From an uncultured Thermoleophilaceae bacterium (GTDB taxonomy: Bacteria; Actinomycetota; Thermoleophilia; Solirubrobacterales; Thermoleophilaceae): a DNA stretch of 64,000 nucleotides. The stretch covers positions 52,439 through 116,438 of the forward strand of contig CAVYPF010000003.1 in the NCBI GenBank assembly GCA_963770325.1, read 5' to 3'. The notes below the pieces were generated by a model, which was not told where the DNA came from, did not search any database, and saw only the letters and a list, made by a program, of their open reading frames with translations. Within the stretch, counting starts at the first letter, position 1. Every line of letters begins with the position of its first letter. A program made the translations under genes and the position numbers. Positions 34,395 through 44,030 of this stretch are shown here, in pieces.

Positions 34395-35945
34395 CTACCG
34401 AACGGCGTCGATAATCGCTTCCGACAGCGCCGGGTACTTCTGCAGGTACTCCACGCGGTCAGTCTTCAGCCGGTCGACGATCTTCTGGTACTCCTCGCCC
34501 CTGTCCTGCTGCTCGTACAGCTCGCGCGGGCGCAGGATGCCGGAGTCCGAGTCCTCGATGCCGGGCACGTTCGCGGCGATCTGGTAGCCGAAGTCCCCAT
34601 CCTCCTGCCACTCGATCGTGTTCTCGGCGATGCCCTTCACGATCGCGGAGGAGTGCGGGATGCGAACCTTCTGCGAGCGATCGTCGCCGTCCGGGCCGCC
34701 GACGCGGCCGGTGTTGAGGATGTAGACGTCGAGCTGGTGGTCGGCCATCAGCTCGAGGAAGCGGTTGCCCTGGTGGTCGTGGTCGTCCGGGAAGAACGGG
34801 TTGGTGCCCGGCACGCGCAGGAACTTGCCCGCCTCCTCGGCGCCACCGGCGCTGGTGCCCTGGGTCTCCCCGAGCATGAAGTACGCCGCGGCCTGCTCGG
34901 CGTTCAGCTTCGCCACCGCCGGGATGATGTTCTCGTTGCGGTTGAGGATCAGCAGGAAGTCGGCCGAGTCGAGGTCGCGAGCGTCGCCGGCCTCGATCGC
35001 GCTGAACGAGAACGTGGCGCGGCCGTTCTGGGTGTAGCTCGTGTCGAAGAAGTCGAGCTCGCCGGAATCGTCCTGAGAGACGTTCTCCAGGTAGGCCTCG
35101 GGCTTGATCACCGCGCCGTGGATCGTCGGCTCGTCGTCCTCGCTGAGCGCGAACGTCTTCGCGAAGCAGCCGGCCTCGGTGGCGTACACCTTGCCGCCCG
35201 GCATCATCGCCACGAAGTCGTCCTGGATCGGCAGTGAGCCGTTCTGGCGCGTGAACGTGGTGGTGGTCTTGCCGGTGCCCGACAGGCCGACGATCAGGCC
35301 GACCTTGTCGCCGTCGTCGGTCGGGATCACCTTGCAGCCCGCGTGCAGCGGCAGCCCGCCGCGCTCGTAGACGACCTTGTTCCACATGCGCAGCCCGCCC
35401 TTCTTCGACTCACCGAAGTAGTCCGAGTTGCAGACGCGGGTCACGCCCTGGTCGAGGTCCACGGAGATGATGCGGTCGTTCGGGTAGCCCTCGACCTTCA
35501 GGTTCGGCGTGTAGATCACCGTCAGCTCGGGCTGGAAGCCGTCGCCGTCGTCGTCGAGGTCGAAGTAGAGCTGCTTCTGCATGCCGGCGATGTTGGCGTT
35601 CGACTCCTCGATGTAGAGCCGCGCCGGCGTGCGGAACTCCGGGTCGTTGCCGATGTAGCCGTCCACGACGATCATGTCGCGCCCGGCGATGTACTCGTCC
35701 TGGAGCTTGGCGATGCGGTCGCCCTCTTCACGCGAGATCGCCAGGTGCGAGCTGGCCTCAGGGTCGTCGAGCACCAGATGGGTTGACGCCTTGGAGCGGG
35801 CGAGTACCTCGGTCTGAACGTTGAGGTTGTCGTAACGCGTGCGCTGCGCGTTCGGCATCTTCGCGGCGAGCTCCTTGAGTTCCGCGGCGGAAGGGTTCAC
35901 GCGAACCGATTTCGCGTCGGGAAGAGGCGACATCTGCTTTGCCAT
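34395..35945 (-). CDS. pckA: Phosphoenolpyruvate carboxykinase (ATP)
   Basis: Kinase-1a loop GLSGTGKTT and full-length ATP-PEPCK collinearity. Confidence 0.95.
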   Translation of the reverse strand: MAKQMSPLPDAKSVRVNPSAAELKELAAKMPNAQRTRYDNLNVQTEVLARSKASTHLVLDDPEASSHLAISREEGDRIAKLQDEYIAGRDMIVVDGYIGNDPEFRTPARLYIEESNANIAGMQKQLYFDLDDDGDGFQPELTVIYTPNLKVEGYPNDRIISVDLDQGVTRVCNSDYFGESKKGGLRMWNKVVYERGGLPLHAGCKVIPTDDGDKVGLIVGLSGTGKTTTTFTRQNGSLPIQDDFVAMMPGGKVYATEAGCFAKTFALSEDDEPTIHGAVIKPEAYLENVSQDDSGELDFFDTSYTQNGRATFSFSAIEAGDARDLDSADFLLILNRNENIIPAVAKLNAEQAAAYFMLGETQGTSAGGAEEAGKFLRVPGTNPFFPDDHDHQGNRFLELMADHQLDVYILNTGRVGGPDGDDRSQKVRIPHSSAIVKGIAENTIEWQEDGDFGYQIAANVPGIEDSDSGILRPRELYEQQDRGEEYQKIVDRLKTDRVEYLQKYPALSEAIIDAVR

Positions 35946-36040
35946 CGGTGAGGGAGTCAGCTCCTAGGTCGCTTGGACGGATCAGAAAGATTATCCGGCG
36001 GCGTGGGCGGCCGGCCGCGCTCACGCGCTCTTTTCCACTA

Positions 36041-37657
36041 TTACCACGGGGTGGGTCGCACGCCCAGCCGGTCGAGCACACGCATGAACGCGCCCACGAC
36101 CCGCGGGTCGAACTGCGAGCCCGCGCCGCGCTCCAGCTCCACCCGGGCCTCACCCGGGGACAGCGCCGAGCGGTAGATCCGCTCTGAGGTCATCGCCTCA
36201 TATGCGTCGGCGACCGCCAGGATGCGGGCCTCGAGGGGAATCTCGTCGCCGCTGAGGCCCTGCGGGTAGCCCAGGCCGTCGGGCCGCTCGTGGTGGGAGA
36301 GCACCCAGCCGCGGATGTCCGCCACGGCGTTCGAGTCGAGGATGCGCGCCGCGATCAACGGATGGCGGCGGATCTCCTGCCAGTCGCGGTCGTCGAGCGG
36401 ATCGGGCTTGTTGAGCACCGTCTCCGGCACCCCGACCTTGCCCACGTCGTGCAGCAGGCCGCCGATCCGGACGCGGTCCACGACTTCTTCGGAGAGCACC
36501 ATCTCGCGAGCGATCAGCTCGGCATAGCGGGAAACCACGCGCGCGCTGCTGGTCGAGCCCTCGCCTCGGGCCTCGAGCGCCTCGGCGAGCGCGAGCACCG
36601 TGGCCAGGAAGCCGTCGGCGTCGCCGTAGTCGCGGGCGCGGGCCGCGACGCCCATCACGTCCGCGATCTGCGGATTGTGGATCACCGTGCGGTCCCGGCC
36701 AAGCTCCTTGGCGGCGTAGAGCGCCTGGTCGGCGGCCAGGAAGAGGCTCTCGGCGGTGTGGCCGTGGCGCGGGTAGACGGCCACGCCGAAGCTGATCGTC
36801 AACGCCGGCTCATCGTCCGCGAAGGCGGACCGGACGGCCTGACGCAGGCGCTCGGCGAGCATGTAAGCCTCGTGCTCGTCGCTTTCGGGCACGATCACGG
36901 CGAATTCCTCGCCGCCGATCCGCGCCGCGCTGTCGATCCGGCGCCGCGCGGCGGTCATCACGGCGGCGACGGCCTCAAGCGCGTCATCGCCGGCGCCGTG
37001 GCCGCAAAGGTCGTTCAGCGCCTTGAAGTGGTCGAGGTCGCCCACGATCAGGCTCAGCTCGCGTCCCGAGCGTTTGGCGCGCTCGAGCTCCGTCTCGAAG
37101 GTCTCCTCGAACCCGCGCCGGTTGAGCAGGCCGGTGAGCACGTCCGTGCGGGCGGCGGCCTCTAGCCGGCCGATGACGCCCTCGAGACGTCCCTTCAAGG
37201 CGAATACCAGCGCGCTCGCCACGCATAGGACGCCGACGGTGATCAGCCAGCGCGCAACGTCCCCGGGGCTCGGATCCTGCGCGAGCACGGCCGCGGCATA
37301 GGAGCTCGCCGCGAACACCACCTGTACCGAGGTCTGGAGTCGCGTGAAGAAGTAGGCGGCGTAGAGCGCGATCAGGACGTAGAAGGTCGCGTAGCGCGAC
37401 GAGGGCCCGTCCATCCACACCGCGGCGGTGACCAGCATCGTCGCGCCGGCCAGGAGCAGCTGGAAGCGCCAGCCGCGCAGCAGCACGGCTGCGCCACGGA
37501 TGCGCAGCGCCACCGCCAGGACGAGGGCTGTGACCGCCACGGCTGCGATCGGCGCTGCGATTCCCACGTCCGGCGCGTTGACCGAGCTCTGAACGACGAT
37601 CGACAGGATCGCCAGGACCGCGCCTGCGCCAAGCAGGTAGGCCAGCGTCCGTGCCAT
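36041..37657 (-). CDS. Membrane-bound GGDEF (diguanylate cyclase) + HD-GYP domain protein
   Basis: TM N-terminus, RIGGEEFAV (GGEEF) and HHERPDGLGYP. Start uncertain (37657 to 37750; the track ORF extends to 37933). Confidence 0.85.
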   Translation of the reverse strand: MARTLAYLLGAGAVLAILSIVVQSSVNAPDVGIAAPIAAVAVTALVLAVALRIRGAAVLLRGWRFQLLLAGATMLVTAAVWMDGPSSRYATFYVLIALYAAYFFTRLQTSVQVVFAASSYAAAVLAQDPSPGDVARWLITVGVLCVASALVFALKGRLEGVIGRLEAAARTDVLTGLLNRRGFEETFETELERAKRSGRELSLIVGDLDHFKALNDLCGHGAGDDALEAVAAVMTAARRRIDSAARIGGEEFAVIVPESDEHEAYMLAERLRQAVRSAFADDEPALTISFGVAVYPRHGHTAESLFLAADQALYAAKELGRDRTVIHNPQIADVMGVAARARDYGDADGFLATVLALAEALEARGEGSTSSARVVSRYAELIAREMVLSEEVVDRVRIGGLLHDVGKVGVPETVLNKPDPLDDRDWQEIRRHPLIAARILDSNAVADIRGWVLSHHERPDGLGYPQGLSGDEIPLEARILAVADAYEAMTSERIYRSALSPGEARVELERGAGSQFDPRVVGAFMRVLDRLGVRPTPW

Positions 37658-37733
37658 CGTCGTCGGATCGGCTGTGGCGCCTCGTAGGCCACGCGGAGCG
37701 GCGACGTCCGTGGCCCGCGAGTCCATCGGAGCC

Positions 37734-38495
37734 ATGAATCCACTATCCATGCGGTCCGGCCGGGCCGCAACTCGTCCATTCGTCCAGTTCCGGCCGGCGG
37801 CGGCGCGCCTACACTGGCTCAGGGTGCGGATACCACGGGCCGGAATCGCGCGTTTCATCGCCTCCGTGCTGATCTTGAGCGGAGCGCTGCTGATCGTGGA
37901 CGCCGTGATCACGGTGGCCTGGCAGGAGCCCATTTCCGCCCTGATCGCAGACCGTGCGCAGGCTCAGCTGAGGCATCAGCTCACTCCGCTTCAGCACCAG
38001 AGCGCCCAGGATGAGCGCGCGCTGAACACCGTGAGCGCCGAGCCAGAGCGGCTCGCGGCGCTCGCAGCCAAGGAGCGGGCTCGGGTCGGGGCGGGCCATG
38101 CCCTCGGCCGCATCGAGCTGCCAAGCCTGAAGCGTTCGTACGTGGTGGTGCAGGGCACGGACGGCGGGAGCCTGCGGAAGGGTCCGGGCCACTATCCGGG
38201 CACCCCGCTGCCCGGTGAGCAGGGAACGGTCGCGATCGCGGGCCACCGCACCACCTACCTCGCTCCGTTCCGCACGGTCGACCAGCTGCGCCCGGGCAAT
38301 CAGATCGTGCTTCAGATGCCCTACGGGCGCTTCACCTACCGCGTGCAGGAGACCCGGATCGTGAAGCCCGATGCCTTCTGGATCACCCATTCGGTTGGCT
38401 ATCCCCGCCTCGTTCTGAGCGCCTGCCACCCTCTCTACAGCGCTGCGCAGCGGATCGTGGTGTTCGCGAGGCTGGCGGCGGTTCAGCCCAGCTGA
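37734..38495 (+). CDS. Sortase (class E-like)
   Basis: N-terminal TM anchor, catalytic His (IAGHRTTY), Cys (LVLSACHP) and Arg (QRIVVF) blocks. Start uncertain (37674, 37734 or 37749). Confidence 0.8.
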   Translation: MNPLSMRSGRAATRPFVQFRPAAARLHWLRVRIPRAGIARFIASVLILSGALLIVDAVITVAWQEPISALIADRAQAQLRHQLTPLQHQSAQDERALNTVSAEPERLAALAAKERARVGAGHALGRIELPSLKRSYVVVQGTDGGSLRKGPGHYPGTPLPGEQGTVAIAGHRTTYLAPFRTVDQLRPGNQIVLQMPYGRFTYRVQETRIVKPDAFWITHSVGYPRLVLSACHPLYSAAQRIVVFARLAAVQPS

Positions 38496-38623
38496 GTGGC
38501 CGGCACGCGGCTGCCGTGCCCGCCCACGGAAGAGGAATCGCGCGACTCGAGCAGAAGCACGAGCCCCACGAGTATCGCGAGCGAAACCACCAACACCGCC
38601 AGCCAGTACAGGACTTTTTTCAC
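38483..38623 (-). CDS. Possible 46-aa single-TM peptide
   Basis: Own translation gives VKKVLYWLAVLVVSLAILVGLVLLLESRD... Too short for the ORF track, and it overlaps the sortase 3' end. Weak. Confidence 0.25.
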   Translation of the reverse strand: MKKVLYWLAVLVVSLAILVGLVLLLESRDSSSVGGHGSRVPATQLG

Positions 38624-38678
38624 CTAAGGAAGCGCGATCTTAGGTCGCCCGACGAGCCCGAGGAGCCTTTACAGGACA

Positions 38679-39488
38679 ATGAGTCTGGTGATCGACCTTC
38701 ATTCCCATGTGCTGCCCGGCATAGACGACGGCGCGCACGACATCGAGGAGAGCGTGGCGATCGTTCGCGCCGCGGCCTATGAGGGCACCACCGCGCTCGC
38801 CGCGACGCCCCATCTGCGCCAGGACTACCCCGGCGTGCACGTCGGCGATCTGGCCGACGCCTGCGCCCGCGTGAACGAGCTCGTGCCGGCCGAGCTCGGC
38901 GTGCGCGTGATCCCCGCGGCCGAGGTCGACCTGCTCTGGGCGCAGACCGCGACCGAGGAGGACCTGCGCCTCGCCTCGTTCGACCAGCGCGGCAGCGACC
39001 TGCTCGTGGAGACGCCCTACGGCTCGCTGCCCGACCATTTCGAGGATCTCCTCTTCCGACTGGCCGAGCGCGGCTTCCGCATCCTGCTGGCTCATCCCGA
39101 GCGCAGCGTCGCCTTCCAGCGCGACCCGGCACGCCTGGCCCGCCTGGTGGAGCGCGGCGTCCTGATCCAGATCACACTGCCATCGCTCGTCTCGGCGAAC
39201 GGGAAGTCGCGGGCCCGCGGCCTCGCGTTCGACCTGATCCGGGACGGCCTCGCGCACAACATCGCCAGCGACGCCCACTCGCCCGGGCCCGTGCGACCGC
39301 CGCGGCTCAGCGCCGGCGTGGAGGCCGCTGCGCGCGTGGCCCCCGCGAGGGCGGAATGGATGGTCACCGACGCGCCGGCCGCCATCCTCGCTGGAGAGCC
39401 GCTGCCGCGGCCGCCGATGGAGCGGCCGCGTCTCGACCGGCCCCGCCGGGTCTCCCGGCTCAGCCGGATCCTGGGCCGCTCGGCCTAG
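38679..39488 (+). CDS. CpsB/YwqE-type PHP-family protein-tyrosine phosphatase
   Basis: IDLHSHVLPGIDDGA, LLAHPERS and ASDAHS motifs. Confidence 0.85.
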   Translation: MSLVIDLHSHVLPGIDDGAHDIEESVAIVRAAAYEGTTALAATPHLRQDYPGVHVGDLADACARVNELVPAELGVRVIPAAEVDLLWAQTATEEDLRLASFDQRGSDLLVETPYGSLPDHFEDLLFRLAERGFRILLAHPERSVAFQRDPARLARLVERGVLIQITLPSLVSANGKSRARGLAFDLIRDGLAHNIASDAHSPGPVRPPRLSAGVEAAARVAPARAEWMVTDAPAAILAGEPLPRPPMERPRLDRPRRVSRLSRILGRSA

Positions 39489-40195
39489 CTCTTCTTGCCC
39501 GGCGGCTGGAAGCCGTCGGCGAAGATGTGATCGAGGATCGGCTCTGGATCCTCGATCGAGAACTCGTCGCGCAGGTGAACCTCGACCTCCTGGCGCGAGC
39601 GCCCGGCGACGGCCATCTGCAGCGCCACGAGGCGCGCGTTCTCCAGGTGCTCGTCGCGCTCCTGCGCCGGCGGCGCCTCGACGGGGCGCAGCGGCGGGCG
39701 CTCCTGCTCGCCCGGCGGCTGCAGCGGGCGGACCTGGTCCGCCATCGGCACTTCGCCCTCGTGGCCTTCGCGCATCTCCTCGCTGAGCTGCTGGGCGGCG
39801 TTCCCGAGCGAGCGCACCATCTCGTCGAGCTGGCGGCGAACCTCGTCGGTCTGGCCCAGCCGGCTCAGCACCGTCTCCGCCTGCGAGACGATCCCGTCGC
39901 TCAGCTCCGCCATCCGCACGAGCCGTTCCTGCACCATCCGGTCGGCGCGCTCGCGCGCCTCGCGGACGACGCGTGCGGACTCCTCGTCGGCTTCCGTGCG
40001 GCGGGAGTGCGCGTACTGCTCGGCGTCCTCCCGCATCGCCCCGGCCATGCTTTCGGCGGCGGCCACGATCGCGCGCACCCGCTCGCCTAGCTCCGTGGAG
40101 ACGGGCTCCTCGACGTGGGTGTGAGCGTGCTCAGCCACCGCTGCGGAAACGGTACCGGCACCACCGGCGGACAAACTGGGGTCGGGAGTACGCAC
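39485..40195 (-). CDS. Charged coiled-coil hypothetical protein
   Basis: Glu/Arg/Ala-rich 236-aa ORF with good GC3. No family recognised; start uncertain. Confidence 0.5.
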   Translation of the reverse strand: MRTPDPSLSAGGAGTVSAAVAEHAHTHVEEPVSTELGERVRAIVAAAESMAGAMREDAEQYAHSRRTEADEESARVVREARERADRMVQERLVRMAELSDGIVSQAETVLSRLGQTDEVRRQLDEMVRSLGNAAQQLSEEMREGHEGEVPMADQVRPLQPPGEQERPPLRPVEAPPAQERDEHLENARLVALQMAVAGRSRQEVEVHLRDEFSIEDPEPILDHIFADGFQPPGKKS

Positions 40196-40213
40196 CCCCG
40201 CTATTTACGGCCG

Positions 40214-40735
40214 TTATCTGCTCTCGGGCTTGCGCGGAACGAGCACGGCCCGCTTGAACGTGGCCACCAGCACGCCGTCCTGGTTGTAGACGTCCGTGCG
40301 CACCTTCACCACGCCGCGGTCGGGCTTCGACTGGGACGGCCTCACGTCGAGCACCTCGCTCTCCACGAACAGGGTGTCGCCGTGGAAGACGGGCGCGGGG
40401 TGCGAGAGCTCCTCGGTGGCGAGGTTCGCGATGGCCTTGCCGGACACGTCGCCCACCGACATGCCTAGCGCGAGCGAGTAGACGAGCGGGCCCACCACGA
40501 CGTTCTGGCCCTGCTGCGACTGGTGCGCGTACACGTCGTTGATGTGCAGCGGGTGGTGGTTCATGGTCAGCAGGCAGAAGAGGTGGTCGTCGCCCTCGGT
40601 GACGGTCTTCGCGGGCCAGTGCTTGTACACGGCGCCGACTTCGAACTCCTCGAGGTAGCGCCCGTACTGCCGGGCGCCGCTGGCCTCCCGGGCCGCTTGG
40701 TCGGTCTCCACTGCGTGCGAGGCGGTATCGGTCAT
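40214..40735 (-). CDS. MaoC-like (R)-hydratase/dehydratase, single hot-dog (mesaconyl-/itaconyl-CoA hydratase candidate)
   Basis: Hot-dog fold signature (..LLTMNHHPLHIN..VVGPLVYSLALGMS..). ATG at 40735 chosen. Confidence 0.85.
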   Translation of the reverse strand: MTDTASHAVETDQAAREASGARQYGRYLEEFEVGAVYKHWPAKTVTEGDDHLFCLLTMNHHPLHINDVYAHQSQQGQNVVVGPLVYSLALGMSVGDVSGKAIANLATEELSHPAPVFHGDTLFVESEVLDVRPSQSKPDRGVVKVRTDVYNQDGVLVATFKRAVLVPRKPESR

Positions 40736-40763
40736 CAAGTCCCTTGGTCGCTTGCTCCCCAAT

Positions 40764-40781
40764 GTTGACTCGTGAGTCAAC
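40764..40781. promoter_or_regulatory. Inverted repeat GTTGACTC-GT-GAGTCAAC in the maoC/mcl divergent region, candidate operator (copy 1)
   Basis: Read directly. A near-identical copy sits upstream of the acyl-CoA dehydrogenase (47946-47960). Confidence 0.5.
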
Positions 40782-40867
40782 GAAGGGGAATCTTACGGTA
40801 GATTTCCCGGCCCTGGGGAGGGCGCCGGCCGCCTGTGCGCCCTCCGTCGCCAACACAGGAGCACTAA

Positions 40868-41926
40868 GTGCGCAACCCTCGCGACTTCTTCAAGCCACTC
40901 GCGCTCGACGCCCCCGAGCCGCTGCGGGAGATCCCGGTGACGCCCTCGCGGATGATCCATTTCCTCGACTTCTCGAACGAGAAGATGGTCGCGAAGGTGC
41001 CCGACATCGCGCCCACCGTGGACATCCTCCTGGGCAACCTCGAGGACGCGGTTCCGGTGGACCGCAAGGAGGCCGCCCGCGCCGGCCTGATCAAGGTCGG
41101 GCGCGAGATGGAGCTCGGCGAGACGGCGCTCTGGGCCAGGGTCAACTCGCTCGAGTCGCCCTGGGTGCTGGACGACCTCACGCAGATCGTGGGCGAGATC
41201 GGCCACAAGCTGTCGGTGGTCATGGTCCCGAAGGTCGAGGGTCCGTGGGACATCCACTACGTCGATCGCCTGCTCGCCCAGCTCGAGGCCAAGGCCGGCG
41301 TTTCGCGGCCGATCCTGATCCACGCGATCCTCGAGACCTCGCTGGGCGTGTCGAACCTGGAGGAGATCGCGGCCGCCTCGCCGCGCATCCAGGGAATGAG
41401 CTTCGGCCCGGCCGACCTCGCCGCCTCGCGGCGGATGAAGACCACGCGGGTCGGCGGCGGCCACCCGGGCTACCGCACGATCGCCGACCCCGACCCGGAC
41501 AATCCCGACGCACCCCGTCCTAGCTACCAGCAGGACCCCTGGCACTACTCGATCGCGCGCATGGTGGACGCCTGCACGGCCGTGGGCGCGCTGCCGTTCT
41601 ACGGCCCCTACGGGGACATCAAGGACGTGGAGGGCTGCGAGACGCAGTTCCGTGCCGCGTTCCTGCTGGGCTGCGTCGGCGCCTGGTCGCTCCACCCGGT
41701 CCAGATCGAGATCGCCAAGAAGGTCTTCTCCCCCGACCCGGACGAAGTCGCGTTCGCGCGCAAGGTGCTGGAGGCGATCCCGGACGGCCGCGGCGTGCAC
41801 ATGATCGACGGCAAGATGCAGGACGACGCCACCTGGAAGCAGTGCAAGGTGATGGTGAATCTCGCTGAGATGCTTGCCGCGAAGGATCCGGAGCTGGCCG
41901 AGGCCTACGGGATGACGCCGGCGTGA
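40868..41926 (+). CDS. mcl: CitE/HpcH-family acyl-CoA lyase, L-malyl-CoA/beta-methylmalyl-CoA/(S)-citramalyl-CoA lyase type
   Basis: 352 aa with ..LGNLEDAVP.., ..[10 protein letters not shown].., ..[18 protein letters not shown].., ..GPYGDIKD.. and ..[14 protein letters not shown]... As I recall it, this matches the long Mcl-type lyases. AGGAG RBS. Confidence 0.75.
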   Translation: MRNPRDFFKPLALDAPEPLREIPVTPSRMIHFLDFSNEKMVAKVPDIAPTVDILLGNLEDAVPVDRKEAARAGLIKVGREMELGETALWARVNSLESPWVLDDLTQIVGEIGHKLSVVMVPKVEGPWDIHYVDRLLAQLEAKAGVSRPILIHAILETSLGVSNLEEIAAASPRIQGMSFGPADLAASRRMKTTRVGGGHPGYRTIADPDPDNPDAPRPSYQQDPWHYSIARMVDACTAVGALPFYGPYGDIKDVEGCETQFRAAFLLGCVGAWSLHPVQIEIAKKVFSPDPDEVAFARKVLEAIPDGRGVHMIDGKMQDDATWKQCKVMVNLAEMLAAKDPELAEAYGMTPA

Positions 41927-43131
41927 GGCTGTTCGAGTACGAGTCGCGCCGGGTGCTGGAGCTGGCCGGCATTCCTGTGGCTGGTGGCGGACTCGCGAAA
42001 AGCGCTGAGGAGGCCGCCTCGATCGCGGCGTCTATTTCCGGCCCCGTGGTGCTCAAGTCGCAGGTGCTCACGGGCGGGCGCATGAAGGCCGGCGGCGTGA
42101 AGTTCGCGGACACTCCCGAGGAGGCGGCCGAGCACGCCGCGGCGATACTGGAATTGGAGATCGGCGGCCACATGCCGCGCGGCGTGCTGGTGGGCGCGAA
42201 GGCGCCGATCGCGCAGGAGTACTACGCGGGCGTGATCTACGACGGCGTGCGCAAGCTGCCCACGTTCGTGTTCTCCGACATGGGCGGGATCGACATCGAG
42301 GAGGTCGCCGAGCAGCACCCGGATCACATCGGGCGCGGTCACTTCTCCACGGTGCTGCCCCACATGGACTTCAGGGCCAAGGACGTGATCGCCTCGGTGG
42401 GGATCACCGGCTCCGACCTCAACCGCCTCACCCCCATCCTCTCGAAGCTCGCCGCACTGTTCGTGAAGTACGGCATGACGCTGGCGGAGATCAACCCGCT
42501 GGCCAAGCTCGAGGACGGCACCTTCCTGGCGGTGGACGCCCACATGGACATGGAGAACGAGGCCCGTCCACGCCAGCAGGCGCTGCTCGCCGAGCTCGGC
42601 GTCGGGGACGAGGAGACGCGCGAAGCGCGCGAGCCAACGCCATTCGAGATCGAGGGCGAGCGGATCGACGCCGTGGACCATCGCGGCGTGGCCGGCAACG
42701 TGACCGAGTTCGACGGCAACCTCGGCCTTGTGATCGGCGCGGGCGGCGGCTCGCTGACGCTCTTCGACGCCGTGCAGAAGGAGGGCGGGAGGCCCGCCAA
42801 CTACTGCGAGATCGGCGGCAACCCGAGCGTGTCCAAGGCCTGCAACCTCACCAAGCTCGTGCTCTCAAAGCCGGGCGTGGACAAGATCGCGGTGATGATG
42901 TCGATCGTCTCCAACACGCGCGTGGACATCGTGGCGCGCGGCGTGATCAAGGCCTGCGTGGAGCTGGGGTTCGACCCGGCCGAGAAGATCGCGATCTTCC
43001 GCATCCCCGGCGCCTGGGAGGACGAGGGCTTCAAGATCCTCGAGAAGTACGGCGTGGAGTACTGCGATCGCTCGGTGTCGATGCACGAGGCCGCACGGCG
43101 CGCCGTGGAGAAGATCGGGGCCGCCGCGTGA
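41923..43131 (+). CDS. ATP-grasp beta-like subunit of an ADP-forming acyl-CoA ligase (SucC/MtkA/CcsA superfamily)
   Basis: [30 protein letters not shown].. and ..YCEIGGNPS... GTG overlaps the mcl stop (GTGA). Confidence 0.8.
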   Translation: MRLFEYESRRVLELAGIPVAGGGLAKSAEEAASIAASISGPVVLKSQVLTGGRMKAGGVKFADTPEEAAEHAAAILELEIGGHMPRGVLVGAKAPIAQEYYAGVIYDGVRKLPTFVFSDMGGIDIEEVAEQHPDHIGRGHFSTVLPHMDFRAKDVIASVGITGSDLNRLTPILSKLAALFVKYGMTLAEINPLAKLEDGTFLAVDAHMDMENEARPRQQALLAELGVGDEETREAREPTPFEIEGERIDAVDHRGVAGNVTEFDGNLGLVIGAGGGSLTLFDAVQKEGGRPANYCEIGGNPSVSKACNLTKLVLSKPGVDKIAVMMSIVSNTRVDIVARGVIKACVELGFDPAEKIAIFRIPGAWEDEGFKILEKYGVEYCDRSVSMHEAARRAVEKIGAAA

Positions 43132-44030
43132 GCAACATGCTGATCGACGAGGGCACGACCTTCATCGTGCAGGGCATCACCGGCCGCGAGGCCGTGAACC
43201 TCACGCGCGAGTGCCTCGACTACGGCTCCAAGATCGTCGGCGGCGTGACCCCCGGCCGGCGCGGCCGCGACGTGCACGGCGTGCCGGTCTACGACTCGGT
43301 GGCGCAGCTCGTGGAGGCGCTCGGGTCGGTGCCGGACGGCTCGGTCGTCACCGTGCCGCCCGCGTTCACGCGCGACGCCGTGTTCGAGGCGATCGAGGCC
43401 GGCATCAAGCTGATCGTGATCGTCACCGAGCGCATCCCGCGCTACGACGTGGCGCAGATGGTCGAGCTCGCCACGCTGCGCGGCGCGCGCATCATCGGGC
43501 CGAACTGCCTCGGGATCATCCGCCCGGGCGTGGCGAAGATGGGCGGCATCGGCGGCCCCGCCAAGGATGCGGCCAAGGCCTACAAGCCGGGCATCGTGGG
43601 CGTGATGTCGCGCTCGGGCGGCATGACCACGGAGATCTCCTCCACGCTGAGCGCGGCGGGCCTCGGCGTGTCCACCGCGGTGTCGATCGGCGGCGACGCG
43701 ATCATCGGCTCCACCTACGCCGAGCTGATGCCGCTGTTCGAGGCCGACGAGCAGACGCAGGCGATCGTGATCTACACCGAGCCGGGCGGGCGCATGGAGG
43801 CCGAGCTGGCGCGCTGGGTGAGCGAGAACGATTCCCGCCTGCCGATCGTCGCCTTCATGGCCGGCCGCTTCATGGACGCGATGCCGGGGATGAGCTTCGG
43901 CCACGCCGGCACGATCGTGGAGGGCAAGGCCGACACCGCCGCCGAGAAGATCACCCGCCTCCAGGAGGCCGGCATCACCGTGGCAGAGGAGATCGCCGAG
44001 ATCCCCGAGCTCGTGAAGGCGAGGCTCTGA
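43128..44030 (+). CDS. CoA-binding alpha-like subunit of an ADP-forming acyl-CoA ligase (SucD/MtkB/CcsB superfamily)
   Basis: ..GITGREA.., ..GPNCLGI.., ..SRSGGMTTE.. and the phosphohistidine loop GHAGTIV. GTG overlaps the upstream stop (GTGA). Confidence 0.85.
   Translation: MSNMLIDEGTTFIVQGITGREAVNLTRECLDYGSKIVGGVTPGRRGRDVHGVPVYDSVAQLVEALGSVPDGSVVTVPPAFTRDAVFEAIEAGIKLIVIVTERIPRYDVAQMVELATLRGARIIGPNCLGIIRPGVAKMGGIGGPAKDAAKAYKPGIVGVMSRSGGMTTEISSTLSAAGLGVSTAVSIGGDAIIGSTYAELMPLFEADEQTQAIVIYTEPGGRMEAELARWVSENDSRLPIVAFMAGRFMDAMPGMSFGHAGTIVEGKADTAAEKITRLQEAGITVAEEIAEIPELVKARL

Noticed and set aside
38516-38782. 88-aa plus-strand ORF upstream of cpsB.
   Set aside because: It has an Arg/His-rich low-complexity translation and overlaps the better-supported cpsB start. 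The minus-strand 46-aa TM peptide is a (weak) better explanation of this gap.
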